Origin: Bilabrum cf. latius
Taxonomy: Eukaryota
Length of the DNA stretch: 64,000 bases
Direction: 5' to 3'
Assembly (NCBI GenBank): GCA_965178125.1
Contig: OZ237739.1
Location: 372,001-436,000, forward strand
The notes under the pieces were generated by a model. It saw nothing but the letters and a program-made list of their open reading frames with translations. It was not told the origin of the DNA and did not search any database. Of this stretch, positions 15,001 through 30,000 are shown one piece after another. The translations under genes were made by a program, and so were the position numbers. Numbering within the stretch: the first letter of the stretch is position 1; each line of letters begins with the position of its first letter.

Positions 15001-18000
15001 TGCTACTGGCAGTTCCAATCCGCGAGCTACTCCGGTGACGTTCTGGATGGTACCCTCCAGCACAATCTCTAAGACTTCGGCGGAAGCACCAACCGAGCCA
15101 TCATCTTGATCTGTATTAGCGAACTCACACATTGACACGGAGTACTGCTACAAACCACCACCAACGAATAGGGTTGACCGAGACATGAATGGCTCCAAAT
15201 CAAAGCCACTAGATCCAACTCCAGGGCAGGACGATGACAGCACTCCATTCGGCTAGGGTTGTTCAATACCGCCACGGATAACGCGGACGCTTCGCACAGA
15301 CTTCAATTTCAGCTCGTCGCTCTGTGAATCATCCACTGATATATTGAACAAGGCACCTGTGTATGTACCCTCAGGCAGCTCGATGCTCATGGTTACCGTT
15401 GCGATTGATCCAACGGTCGCGGCACCATCAGTCGTAAATTCATCACCTGTTACAGACACGTTTACAACAGGTAGAGATATTTCGATCGGGTTGGCCTCAA
15501 ACGAGTCCGTCGAGTAGTTTCTTGCAAACTGGAGGTTCGGGAAGAAGCTTGTCCATGTTCCAGAGATTTCCGGGCTGAGGTCAGTGCCCACCTCGATAGC
15601 AGTCGCTAAGCGGACACTCCATTCTACCTCTAGTGAGCTTGCCAAGTCGATAGTATCAAATACCAGGATTGCGTCGTCCTCACTGGGCAATCCGTAGCGA
15701 TTGCCAGTCTGGTTGGAGAGCAGCGTCGTGCCATCGACTGTCACGCTGTCAATCTGATACAGTGGTGGGCTCTCAAGAAGCTTAGAGTCTCGCAGTACAA
15801 ACCTGTACACGTTCTGAGCATCTGACAGTGTGGGATATGATGAAGTACCTTGCAACTCGCGGTGTGAGCCGGATAGTCTCCTCCTTGAACCAGGCAGATT
15901 CTAAAGGCTGCCATCCGTGAACAGGAGACGCGTGCTGTACGCCTGCGAGTCACCAGCATCCACAACCGCCACGTCACTACGATTGATCCGCAGGGTTTCA
16001 AAAGCACTCTCCCTAACCGTCATAGTGATAGTAGAGGTGTTAACACTGGAAACAAACAACGACGATACGTTTGCAAAGAATCCCATTGACCGTGGCCTGA
16101 TGACTTCATCCCTGGCAGAAGTCCTGCCGACAAACCGCAGACTTATAGGGGAACTCACACCGTTGGCATTGTCAACGTTCTGCACGGTGCAAAAATCTGC
16201 ATCAAATCGCTGCAGGTCCCCTTCGTCTGAAAAGGCAGACGACAACGAACCCAGTGTGATCGCAATGTACGCGCCAGAGCAATTCGAAGTCACAAACTGG
16301 GAATCGGCAGAGATGCTCACCAGCCTCCAATCATCCAGAATGTTGAAGCCTACCTCTTGTACAGAAAACAGCGTGTTACTTGTGAAGCCTGCCGGGAAGC
16401 CAATGTCTACCTACAAATTGAGATCAGCACCTGGCACAGTGTCTGTCCCGGCCCCATCCTAGTATGTCGAAACGAGAGCGGCTCCGACCACTGGGTCACG
16501 GAATGAAATTATCACGTTCTACGGCACGAACGCCGTAAGATTCAGCCCGCGGTTGCTCGGATGCGTGTCGTACGTGATTCCAAGGCTGGTCGTAGACCGG
16601 CCAGCACTTTCGATCTCGAGAGTTCCGCGGATAAAAATCTCGACAATAAGGGTCGAACCGCTCTATATCCGACCGATAGAAGCAACAGGAACAGATCCTG
16701 ATGTAACATTCGAAAACGACATGAAGTTAAGGTCGTTGCTACCAGTGTAAGAGACAACCCTGGCAAACTCCGCCACGTACAGACCAGCATCCAGCCTCCC
16801 ATCGAATAGAGAAGTATTGAACGCATCCGGTGCAGATGAGGGAATGATCAGCGAGACGTTCATTGGAACGATATCCGACGCATCTACTCCGGTTACAGCC
16901 AGAGGCTCGATAACAACGGGGTTCACGAATGTCTGCACAACCTCAAACACCACAGAGGTTCCTACAAGAGGCGAGCCATCGCCACTAAACGTAACGTTAC
17001 CATCGAGTCCAACGAACGTACCATCAATGACAGAACCGGGGTCACTTACCACAAGCAGCTCCACCACCACCTCCACACGCTCGTCCGTCACACCGTCGTC
17101 CACTCCGCTGTTCCGCACATCCCCGAGACCAATCGTTGCAACGCCACTCACAGAGTCTACCACGCTGCCGCTCACCAACGCGCCAAGTGCAACACGCGTG
17201 CCGTTCGACAACGTGCCGCTCAGCACACCGCCTGACCCACTGCTGGGGCTCACAGACACCACGCGCTGCACAGACACCACGTCAGGACGGCTCACGCTCA
17301 CAGACAGGGACGCGCCGTACAGCGTGCCCTCAGCCACTGACAACGACACTGTCGCCAACACCGTCTGGCCTGCCACAATGTCCGTGTCCACCACCGTCGC
17401 CGTGTCCGTCGCAGTCGTCAGCACCATCGACGGACCAGGCACGCTCACCACTGGATCCGATGCTGCCGCCTCGCTGTAGTTGCGGCCCCCGCCGTACTCG
17501 CTGCCCGGATGAGAGCTGTACTGCACGCGCACCGCCGGCACAATGTCATCCGACGATGACACCTCGTCCGTCAGTCGCACGCGGTACACCAACACAGAGC
17601 TGTCCGAGACCACAGGAAGCACAGCCCACTCGCCATCGCTGCCATGACCAGACACAGACCCGCTCACCCCAGACTGGTACGTCGTCACGCCATCCACGCG
17701 CACCTCCTCCACCACATAGTCACGACCAGGCAGAGTCACGTCCCGCACACGAGCCTCATACGCAGGACTGAACGTCGCGCCCTGAGTCGCGTTCAGTACC
17801 ACCACAAACTCCGCCACATCCCCGCCATCCGCCACCAGCGTCAACGGACTCACGCTCACGCTCAGCTCGGGCTCCTGAAGCACGATCGTCTCCGTCGACC
17901 CCAGCCCGCCATCCACGCCCGCATCCAGCAGCAATGTCGACAGCTCCGCCGTCACAGGAAGCACCTCCCCGCGAGCCACACCGCTCGCATTCTAAATCGT

Positions 18001-21000
18001 GCCCTCAAGCACAACCTCTAGCACCTCGCTCAATGCGCCCACTGATCCATCCTCACGGTCCACGTTGCGGAACGAGCACAGTGGCACGCTGTACCACGAC
18101 ACGCCAGACCCACGACCCACAAACAGCGACGACTGAAGCATGTACGATTCCAAGTCAAACCCGCCAGATCCCACACCCACGCAAGATGACGACAACACGC
18201 CATTGCTCGGGCTGGGCTGCTCCACACCGCCGCGAAGCACACGCACGCTAGTCACGCGCTGCAGGCGGAACTCCTCAGCGTCGCCCACAGGCACAGACAC
18301 ATTCAACGAGCTCGAAGACATCGTGGCCTCAGGCAGCACCACGCTCACGTTCAATACCACCACGCTGCCGCTGGTCCCGTCCAGACGATCCAACGTGCTC
18401 GAGTCAGTCTACACACGCACATCCACCACAGGCCGACCCACGCTCATCTCCTGAGACTCGGACACAGACGCGCTGTAGTTGCGGGCCTCCGACAAACGCA
18501 CTGGCGAGCTGCGCCACCGCAGCTCCACATCCGGCACGCTGTAGTTCGCCCCAGCTTCCACCGCAGACGATACCACCAGCTCGAACCGGATCTCCAGGCC
18601 CTGACCCACAAGCAGCTCGTCCACCACTAGGATCGCGTCTGCGTCCTCCACAAGACCATCCACTGGATTGCCAGGGCTCGCCACCAACGCGCCATTCTGC
18701 CACACGCGACCCAGCGCATATGCTGGCGTGCCCCCGAACGCCTGCGTCCCAATCAGACCGCCGTCTGCAAGCACCAGCCCGAATGCAGACGAGTCAGATG
18801 TAGACGTGTGGTTGATTGACACATTGAAGAACAATGAGTCGCCCGCATCCACTGCTAGCAGACCCTGCTCAGGACGCACAGACGGAACATTCACAGACGG
18901 CTCCACTATCGTAAGCACCAACGAACCGTTCGTCTAAGCCGGCACGATGTCCGCCGACTCGATCGACGATGACACCGTCACGCTTGCGCCTCGCACAGAC
19001 ACACTCACATTCGATGACACCACGCCTCGCACCACCACCTCCAGCGGCTCCTGCACCGCATTGTCAGTGTCGTTGTTCAAAAGCACACACGGACCCAGGG
19101 TCACGCGACCCGTCGAGCTGTCCACCGCGAAGTTCCCTGCCAGCCCCAACGCAGACACGTCCGCCTCGGGATCAGCCCCGCACTGCACACGCAAAAACCC
19201 GCTCGACGGACCCCGCACGCTCACAAGCTCCATGCTGCCCGCCTCAAGCACGTCCGTGTTGCTCAGTGACACGGTCACCTAAGCCCCTTGCACAGTGCCC
19301 TCCGGCACGATCACAGTCGTCACAAGCTCGATCTCCTGCCCAACCACCACCGACGGCAATGACAAAGACGGGGCCGCAGACACATCGCCGCTTCGTGGAT
19401 ACACACGCACTGCCGGCCCGCGATGCACAACCGTCACGTCAGACTCAGCCGCAAGCGAGTCATTACGGGCCACGCTCTCGTCCGGATGAGACCACCACTG
19501 CACGCCAAGGCTCGTGCTCAATGACCCCTCCACGTCGATCGACGTCTGCAGCTCCAGCGACACAGTCACATTCACCATGCCCCCAGCCTCCAGTCGAGGC
19601 ACAATCGCTACCACATCTCCAGCGGCCTCCACGCTCCCATCCACCACTCCAACACCCCCGCTGCCCCACTCAGCCACCTCGCTCCCGTTGAATTGCACAC
19701 GGTGCACCACATACTTGCCGGTCCGCAGACCAAGGTCGCGCACCGTCACATTGAACGCATCCGCGTCCGACATACCAGCATGCCGCACCAGCATCGTAAA
19801 CGTCACAATGTCGCCGGCGTCCGTGTTGCCGAACAGCACCGGGGACACCTCAGCAGGTACCAACTGCGACTGCCGCACAGTCAGCAACACGCTCTGCTCG
19901 GGCTCCTCCGAAGCATCCAGAGACGGTGCGCTCAGATTCGCGTACACCAACGAAGATGCTCCACGCACCACCACGTCACGGTCATCCCGCACAAGCAGCT
20001 CCACCACCACCTCCACACGCTCGTCCGTCACACCGTCGTCCACTCCGCTGTTCCGTACATCCCCGAGACCAATCGTTGCAACGCCACTCACAGAGTCTAC
20101 CACGCTGCCGCTCACCAACGCGCCAAGTGCAACACGCGTGCCGTTCGACAACGTGCCGCTCAGCACACCGCCTGATCCACTGCTGGGGCTCACAGACACC
20201 ACACGCTGCACAGACACCACGTCAGGACGGCTCACGCTCACAGACAGGGACGCGCCGTACAGCGTGCCCTCAGCCACTGACAACGACACTGTCGCCAACA
20301 CCGTCTGGCCTGCCACAATGTCCGTGTCCACCACCGTCGCCGTGTCCGTCGCAGTCGTCAGCACCATCGACGGACCAGGCACGCTCACCACTGGATCCGA
20401 TGCTGCCGCCTCGCTGTAGTTGCGGCCCCCGCCGTACTCGCTGCCCGGATGAGAGCTGTACTGCACGCGCACCGCTGGCACAATGTCATCCGACGATGAC
20501 ACCTCGTCCGCCAGTCGCACGCGGTACACCAACACAGAGCTGTCCGAGACCACAGGAAGCACCGCCCACTCGCCATCGCTGCCATGACCAGACACAGACC
20601 CGCTCACCCCAGACTGGTACGTCGTCACGCCATCCACGCGCACCTCCTCCACCACATAGTCACGACCAGGCAGAGTCACGTCCCGCACACGAGCCTCATA
20701 CGCAGGATTGAACGTCGCGCCCTGAGTCGCGTTCAGTACCACCACAAACTGAGCCACATCCCCGCCATCCGCCACCAGCGTCAACGGACTCACGCTCACG
20801 CTCAGCTCGGGCTCCTGAAGCACGATCGTCTCCGTCGACCCCAGCCCGCCATCCACGCCCGCATCCAGCAGCAATGTCGACAGCTCCGCCGTCACAGGAA
20901 GCACCTCCCCGCGAGCCACACCGCTCGCATTCTAAATCGTGCCCTCAAGCACAACCTCTAGCACCTCGCTCAATGCGCCCACTGATCCATCCTCACGGTC

Positions 21001-24000
21001 CACGTTGCGGAACGAGCACAGTGGCACGCTGTACCACGACACGCCAGACCCACGACCCACAAACAGCGACGACTGAAGCATGTACGATTCCAAGTCAAAC
21101 CCGCCAGATCCCACACCCACACAAGATGACGACAACACGCCATTGCTCGGGCTGGGCTGCTCCACACCGCCGCGAAGCACACGCACGCTAGTCACGCGCT
21201 GCAGACGGAACTCCTCAGCGTCGCCCACAGGCACAGACACATTCAACGAGCTCGAAGACATCGTGGCCTCAGGCAGCACCACACTCACGTTCAATACCAC
21301 CACGCTGCCGCTGGTCCCGTCCAGACGATCCAACGTGCTCGAGTCAGTCTACACACGCACATCCACCACAGGCCGACCCACGCTCATCTCCTGAGACTCG
21401 GACACAGACGCGCTGTAGTTGCGGGCCTCCGACAAACGCACTGGCGAGCTGCGCCACCGCAGCTCCACATCCGGCACGCTGTAGTTCGCCCCAGCTTCCA
21501 CCGCAGACGATACCACCAGCTCGAACCGGATCTCCAGGCCCTGACCCACAAGCAGCTCGTCCACCACTAGGATCGCGTCTGCGTCCTCCACAAGACCATC
21601 CACTGGATTGCCAGGGCTCGCCACCAACGCGCCATTCTGCCACACGCGACCCAGCGCATATGCTGGCGTGCCCCCGAACGCCTGCGTCCCAATCAGACCG
21701 CCGTCTGCAAGCACCAGCCCGAATGCAGACGAGTCAGATGTAGACGTGTGGTTGATTGACACATTGAAGAACAATGAGTCGCCCGCATCCACTGCTAGCA
21801 GACCCTGCTCAGGACGCACAGACGGAACATTCACAGACGGCTCCACTATCGTAAGCACCAACGAACCGTTCGTCTAAGCCGGCACGATGTCCGCCGACTC
21901 GATCGACGATGACACCGTCACGCTTGCGCCTCGCACAGACACACTCACATTCGATGACACCACGCCTCGCACCACCACCTCCAGCGGCTCCTGCACCGCA
22001 TTGTCAGTGTCGTTGTTCACAAGCACACACGGACCCAGGGTCACGCGACCCGTCGAGCTGTCCACCGCGAAGTTCCCTGCCAGCCCCAACGCAGACACGT
22101 CCGCCTCGGGATCAGCCCCGCACTGCACACGCAAAAACCCGCTCGACGGACCCCGCACGCTCACAAGCTCCATGCTGCCCGCCTCAAGCACGTCCGTGTT
22201 GCTCAGTGACACGGTCACCTAAGCCCCTTGCACAGTGCCCTCCGGCACGATCACAGTCGTCACAAGCTCGATCTCCTGCCCAACCACCACCGACGGCAAT
22301 GACAAAGACGGGGCCGCAGACACATCGCCGCTTCGTGGATACACACGCACTGCCGGCCCGCGATGCACAACCGTCACGTCAGACTCAGCCGCAAGCGAGT
22401 CATTACGGGCCACGCTCTCGTCCGGATGAGACCACCACTGCACGCCAAGGCTCGTGCTCAATGACCCCTCCACGTCGATCGACGTCTGCAGCTCCAGCGA
22501 CACAGTCACATTCACCATGCCCCCAGCCTCCAGTCGAGGCACAATCGCTACCACATCTCCAGCGGCCTCCACGCTCCCATCCACCACTCCAACACCCCCG
22601 CTGCCCCACTCAGCCACCTCGCTCCCGTTGAATTGCACACGGTGCACCACATACTTGCCGGTCCGCAGACCAAGGTCACGCACCGTCACATTGAACGCAT
22701 CCGCGTCCGACATACCAGCATGCCGCACCAGCATCGTAAACGTCACAATGTCGCCGGCGTCCGTGTTGCGAATTTCAAGAGGGTCTCCTGCAACCGGTAC
22801 CAACTGCGACTGCCGCACAGTCAGCAACACGCTCTGCTCGGGCTCCTCCGAAGCATCCAGAGACGGTGCGCTCAGATTCGCGTACACCAACGAAGATGCT
22901 CCACGCACCACCACGTCACGGTCATCCCGCACAAGCAGCTCCACCACCACCTCCACACGCTCGTCCGTCACACCGTCGTCCACTCCGCTGTTCCGTACAT
23001 CCCCGAGACCAATCGTTGCAACGCCACTCACAGAGTCTACCACGCTGCCGCTCACCAACGCGCCAAGTGCAACACGCGTGCCGTTCGACAACGTGCCGCT
23101 CAGCACACCGCCTGATCCACTGCTGGGGCTCACAGACACCACGCGCTGCACAGACACCACGTCAGGACGGCTCACGCTCACAGACAGGGACGCGCCGTAC
23201 AGCGTGCCCTCAGCCACTGACAACGACACTGTCGCCAACACCGTCTGGCCTGCCACAATGTCCGTGTCCACCACCGTCGCCGTGTCCGTCGCAGTCGTCA
23301 GCACCATCGACGGACCAGGCACGCTCACCACTGGATCCGATGCTGCCGCCTCGCTGTAGTTGCGGCCCCCGCCGTACTCGCTGCCCGGATGAGAGCTGTA
23401 CTGCACGCGCACCGCCGGCACAATGTCATCCGACGATGACACCTCGTCCGTCAGTCGCACGCGGTACACCAACACAGAGCTGTCCGAGACCACAGGAAGC
23501 ACCGCCCACTCGCCATCGCTGCCATGACCAGACACAGACCCGCTCACCCCAGACTGGTACGTCGTCACGCCATCCACGCGCACCTCCTCCACCACATAGT
23601 CACGACCAGGCAGAGTCACGTCCCGCACACGAGCCTCATACGCAGGATTGAACGTCGCGCCCTGAGTCGCGTTCAGTACCACCACAAACTCCGCCACATC
23701 CCCGCCATCCGCCACCAGCGTCAACGGACTCACGCTCACGCTCAGCTCGGGCTCCTGAAGCACGATCGTCTCCGTCGACCCCAGCCCGCCATCCACGCCC
23801 GCATCCAGCAGCAATGTCGACAGCTCCGCCGTCACAGGAAGCACCTCCCCGCGAGCCACACCGCTCGCATTCTAAATCGTGCCCTCAAGCACAACCTCTA
23901 GCACCTCGCTCAATGCGCCCACTGATCCATCCTCACGGTCCACGTTGCGGAACGAGCACAGTGGCACGCTGTACCACGACACGCCAGACCCACGACCCAC

Positions 24001-27000
24001 AAACAGCGACGACTGAAGCATGTACGATTCCAAGTCAAACCCGCCAGATCCCACACCCACACAAGATGACGACAACACGCCATTGCTCGGGCTGGGCTGC
24101 TCCACACCGCCGCGAAGCACACGCACGCTAGTCACGCGCTGCAGACGGAACTCCTCAGCGTCGCCCACAGGCACAGACACATTCAACGAGCTCGAAGACA
24201 TCGTGGCCTCAGGCAGCACCACACTCACGTTCAATACCACCACGCTGCCGCTGGTCCCGTCCAGACGATCCAACGTGCTCGAGTCAGTCTACACACGCAC
24301 ATCCACCACAGGCCGACCCACGCTCATCTCCTGAGACTCGGACACAGACGCGCTGTAGTTGCGGGCCTCCGACAAACGCACTGGCGAGCTGCGCCACCGC
24401 AGCTCCACATCCGGCACGCTGTAGTTCGCCCCAGCTTCCACCGCAGACGATACCACCAGCTCGAACCGGATCTCCAGGCCCTGACCCACAAGCAGCTCGT
24501 CCACCACTAGGATCGCGTCTGCGTCCTCTCCAAGACCATCCACTGGATTGCCAGGGCTCGCCACCAACGCGCCATTCTGCCACACGCGACCCAGCGCATA
24601 TGCTGGCGTGCCCCCGAACGCCTGCGTCCCAATCAGACCGCCGTCTGCAAGCACCAGCCCGAATGCAGACGAGTCAGATGTAGACGTGTGGTTGATTGAC
24701 ACATTGAAGAACAATGAGTCGCCCGCATCCACTGCTAGCAGACCCTGCTCAGGACGCACAGACGGAACATTCACAGACGGCTCCACTATCGTAAGCACCA
24801 ACGAACCGTTCGTCTAAGCCGGCACGATGTCCGCCGACTCGATCGACGATGACACCGTCACGCTTGCGCCTCGCACAGACACACTCACATTCGATGACAC
24901 CACGCCTCGCACCACCACCTCCAGCGGCTCCTGCACCGCATTGTCAGTGTCGTTGTTCACAAGCACACACGGACCCAGGGTCACGCGACCCGTCGAGCTG
25001 TCCACCGCGAAGTTCCCTGTCAGCCCCAACGCAGACACGTCCGCCTCGGGATCAGCCCCGCACTGCACACGCAAAAACCCGCTCGACGGACCCCGCACGC
25101 TCACAAGCTCCATGCTGCCCGCCTCAAGCACGTCCGTGTTGCTCAGTGACACGGTCACCTAAGCCCCTTGCACAGTGCCCTCCGGCACGATCACAGTCGT
25201 CACAAGCTCGATCTCCTGCCCAACCACCACCGACGGCAATGACAAAGACGGGGCCGCAGACACATCGCCGCTTCGTGGATACACACGCACTGCCGGCCCG
25301 CGATGCACAACCGTCACGTCAGACTCAGCCGCAAGCGAGTCATTACGGGCCACGCTCTCGTCCGGATGAGACCACCACTGCACGCCAAGGCTCGTGCTCA
25401 ATGACCCCTCCACGTCGATCGACGTCTGCAGCTCCAGCGACACAGTCACATTCACCATGCCCCCAGCCTCCAGTCGAGGCACAATCGCTACCACATCTCC
25501 AGCGGCCTCCACGCTCCCATCCACCACTCCAACACCCCCGCTGCCCCACTCAGCCACCTCGCTCCCGTTGAATTGCACACGGTGCACCACATACTTGCCG
25601 GTCCGCAGACCAAGGTCACGCACCGTCACATTGAACGCATCCGCGTCCGACATACCAGCATGCCGCACCAGCGTCGTGAACGTCACGATGTCGCCGGCGT
25701 CCGTGTTGCCGAACAGCACCGGAGACACTTCAGGCCTGGATAGGGAGGCTAGAGCTGTGGTCAATGCAGTGGTATTGTCAACAACACCGGGAGGGACTCC
25801 GCGTGCCTGTAAGCTGGTCGTGATCGTCACTGTTTGATCCCGTTGGAATCGCCCATCACCCCGACCGCGAACAACGAACCTGATGAACTCCTACGTCGCT
25901 GTGTTAGTGTCAACGTTGTCTATCTAGTCCAAGTCCACAGATAAAAGCTAGGGCGAGATAGTCGTTTTGCCTGTTCGAATGCTCTCTAACGTACCAGCCG
26001 TGGACGAAACACTGGATGACGCAGAGATACTCTGCAGCTCTTGGAGCTAAACCACATCAGAGTCCGATTCAACTGTTACTATAAGGTCTTTTGTTGTGGA
26101 TTCGGGCAAGAGTACCACATAGGTGAGTACAAAGTCGGCACCAGACACAATCTCTACCTAAGACGGAACTGTATCATCGAGAACGAGAGACTCGATTTCT
26201 ATCCCTGGAGTGCCAACGAGTAGGGATGGAGTGATGTCACCACTCCTGTTGTACTGCCTTGCAGACACTTCATCTGGGACAGCAAGTTGAGCTTGACTCT
26301 CGCTGCTGTATCCAAGCTGCAGCTGCGGCTGCAGAGTAGCAGCTGATTCTGCAGTGGTAAGAATCTCTACCGTGTAGATCACAGTGTAATTCTAGCCCTC
26401 GTTCAACCTTGGCGACTGAACCAACAGACCAGTGGTGTTGATAAGAGTGTCGCGGCCCAGCACGCTGCTGGAAAAAACGACGTCACCTTCGAATTCTACA
26501 TACCTGTATATGTACGATCGAGGGAACTACAGAAGCGTAAGGTCGTACAACTCGAAGTCGAAGGCTGCCTACCGATTAACCTCGTCCTGCACCGCCAACG
26601 TGATCGTGAAAGTCACAAAGGTACCACCAGAAACATCCGACTCGGACGATTCAGTGAAAGCCAGAACCAGCGGCTCGGCAACTGCAATAGTGTCGCTGCT
26701 TTGGGCCTCACCCGCAACAACTTCCTTGGAAGTCCAAGTCGATTGCCAGGTTATCAAATCCCCCCGCTGCACGGCTGTGTCGTTCAAGACAACGGCGTCA
26801 AACGCAATTTCAACTACTTCATCCACCATATTGCTACTTTGCTGCACCGTAACATTTCCTATCGTTACAGTGGCGCTGTCTAAGGCTGACGCAATGCTAA
26901 CTAACGAGTCACCAAGAGTACTCCAAGCGGGACCGACCACTGTGGGACCTGAAGAGTTCGAAAATCGAATATGACGGAGACCGATCAAGCGGACTCCTGC

Positions 27001-30000
27001 GCCGCTCGTCCGCACCAGTGACAAAGCGGATCCAGAATGAGTACCCTCAGGAAGGGTAACTCTAGAGCGAAGAACTACCTCACTGCCAATTGCAGCAGTC
27101 ACATTACCGAATGTGGCGTTATCTGTCACCATTGCAAAGTCCATGGAGGATGACACAATCGAAACCACCGGACGCGCAGTGTCCACCTCAGTGTAGTTCC
27201 GAGGCAATGCCCCGAATGCAAACACCGGAGCCTCTATCGCAGGATGCGACTGCCAGTTCACCTCGAACGACGGACGCACATCGCCGTCAATCTCCACGCC
27301 CGGAAGCAGCTCAAGCTACACCGCCACGCTTGTCACAATGCCCTCCTCCAGCACGGACACAGTGCCCACCAGACCCCGAGACTCCAAAGCCGTGGCGAAC
27401 GGTCCCGTGTCCCCGATCTGGTACTGCGTCGTCGGCACACCGTCCACAGTCGTCACCACGCTGCGCACCCGGTACTCCTCCGACGACACAGCGGCCGTCA
27501 GACCAGAGTCCACAAACTCCAGGTTGTACCCCGCATTGTCATTCGAGGCAGACCCCGCTGTGGATGTCAGCGTGTACGTGATCAGGTCATACGAGTCGCC
27601 GGATACAGGAGATCGACTCACACCCAGGCTCACCACAGGCTCCACCACAGTCATCACAGCCTGCTGACGCACATCGCCGCTGCCCACCTGCGCGCTCAGC
27701 ACATCAGTCCGCAACGTGAAAGTGTCTCCAGCCTCAGGTGTGGACCCATCCACAAACGTCACATACGCCTCAAGCACCACTGTCACCGTCTCGGCCACGG
27801 AGTTGCTGTCCGTCACCACTACCACATCGCCGAAGGTCAGCCGAACCAGATCACGGTCCGCCGCGAAGAACTCAGTCGGCACCAAAATGTCAGTCGAAGG
27901 GATGCCAGTCACCGTGAACGCGCTGTCGTTGCTCGTCGTCACCACAACATTGTCCGTGAAGTCGATGAAGTTCGCCTGCACCGACGACACCTCCAGCCTC
28001 AGGTTCGACGAGGTGCCCTCAGGCAGAGTCATGGTCGACGTCACAAGCACGCGAGACCCTATCACCACCTCAGTGTCAAGCGATGTCGCGCCGTCCGTGG
28101 CCACACTCTAAGACACAGTCGAGCGGTCGATCGACACCACCGGACGCGCAGTGTCCACCTCAGTGTAGTTCCGAGGCAATGCCCCGAATGCAAACACCGG
28201 AGCCTCTATCGCAGGATGTGACTGCCAGTTCACCTCGAACGACGGACGCACATTGCCGTCAATCTCCACGCCCGGAAGCAGCTCAAGCTACACCGCCACG
28301 CTTGTCACAATGCCCTCCTCCAGCACGGACACAGTGCCCACCAGACCCCGAGACTCCAAAGCCGTGGCAAACGGTCCCGTGTCCCCGATCTGGTACTGCG
28401 TCGTCGGCACACCGTCCACAGTCGTCACCACGCTGCGCACCCGGTACTCCTCCGCCGACACAGCGGCCGTCAGACCAGAGTCCACCAACTCCAGGTTGTA
28501 CCCCGCATTGTCATTCGAGGCAGACCCCGCTGTGGATGTCAGCGTGTACGTGATCAGGTCATACGAGTCGCCGGATACAGGAGATCGACTCACACCCAGG
28601 CTCACCACAGGCTCCACCACAGTCATCACAGCCTGCTGACGCACATCGCCGCTGCCCACCTGCGCGCTCAGCACATCAGTCCGCAACGTGAAAGTGTCTC
28701 CAGCCTCAGGTGTGGACCCATCCACAAACGTCACATACGCCTCAAGCACCACTGTCACCGTCTCGGCCACGGAGTTGCTGTCCGTCACCACCACCACATC
28801 GCCGAAGGTCAGCCGAACCAGATCACGGTCCGCCGCGAAGAACTCAGTCGGCACCAAAATGTCAGTCGAAGGGATGCCAGTCACCGTGAACGCGCTGTCA
28901 TTGCTCGTCGTCACCACAACATTGTCCGTGAAGTCGATGAAGTTCGCCTGCACCGACGACACCTCCAGCCTCAGGTTCGACGAGGTGCCCTCAGGCAGAG
29001 TCATGGTCGACGTCACAAGCACGCGAGACCCTATCACCACCTCAGTGTCAAGCGATGTCGCGCCGTCCGTGGCCACACTCTAAGACACAGTCGAGCGGTC
29101 GATCGACACCACCGGACGCGCAGTGTCCACCTCAGTGTAGTTCCGAGGCAATGCCCCGAATGCAAACACCGGAGCCTCTATCGCAGGATGCGACTGCCAG
29201 TTCACCTCGAACGACGGACGCACATCGCCGTCAATCTCCACGCCCGGAAGCAGCTCAAGCTACACCGCCACGCTTGTCACAATGCCCTCCTCCAGCAAGG
29301 ACACAGTGCCCACCAGACCCCGAGACTCCAAAGCCGTAGCGAACGGTCCCGTGTCCCCGATCTGGTACTGCGTCGTCGGCACACCGTCCACAGTCGTCAC
29401 CACGCTGCGCACCCGGTACTCCTCCGACGACACAGCGGCCGTCAGACCAGAGTCCACAAACTCCAGGTTGTACCCCGCATTGTCATTCGAGGCAGACCCC
29501 GCTGTGGATGTCAGCGTGTACGTGATCAGGTCATACGAGTCGCCGGATACAGGAGATCGACTCACACCCAGGCTCACCACAGGCTCCACCACAGTCATCA
29601 CAGCCTGCTGACGCACATCGCCGCTGCCCACCTGCGCGCTCAGCACATCAGTCCGCAACGTGAAAGTGTCTCCAGCCTCAGGTGTGGACCCATCCACAAA
29701 CGTCACATACGCCTCAAGCACCACTGTCACCGTCTCGGCCACGGAGTTGCTGTCCGTCACCACCACCACATCGCCGAAGGTCAGCCGAACCAGATCACGG
29801 TCCGCCGCGAAGAACTCAGTCGGCACCAAAATGTCAGTCGAAGGGATGCCAGTCACCGTGAACGCGCTGTCGTTGCTCGTCGTCACCACAACATTGTCCG
29901 TGAAGTCGATGAAGTTCGCCTGCACCGACGACACCTCCAGCCTCAGGTTCGACGAGGTGCCCTCAGGCAGAGTCATGGTCGACGTCACAAGCACGCGAGA

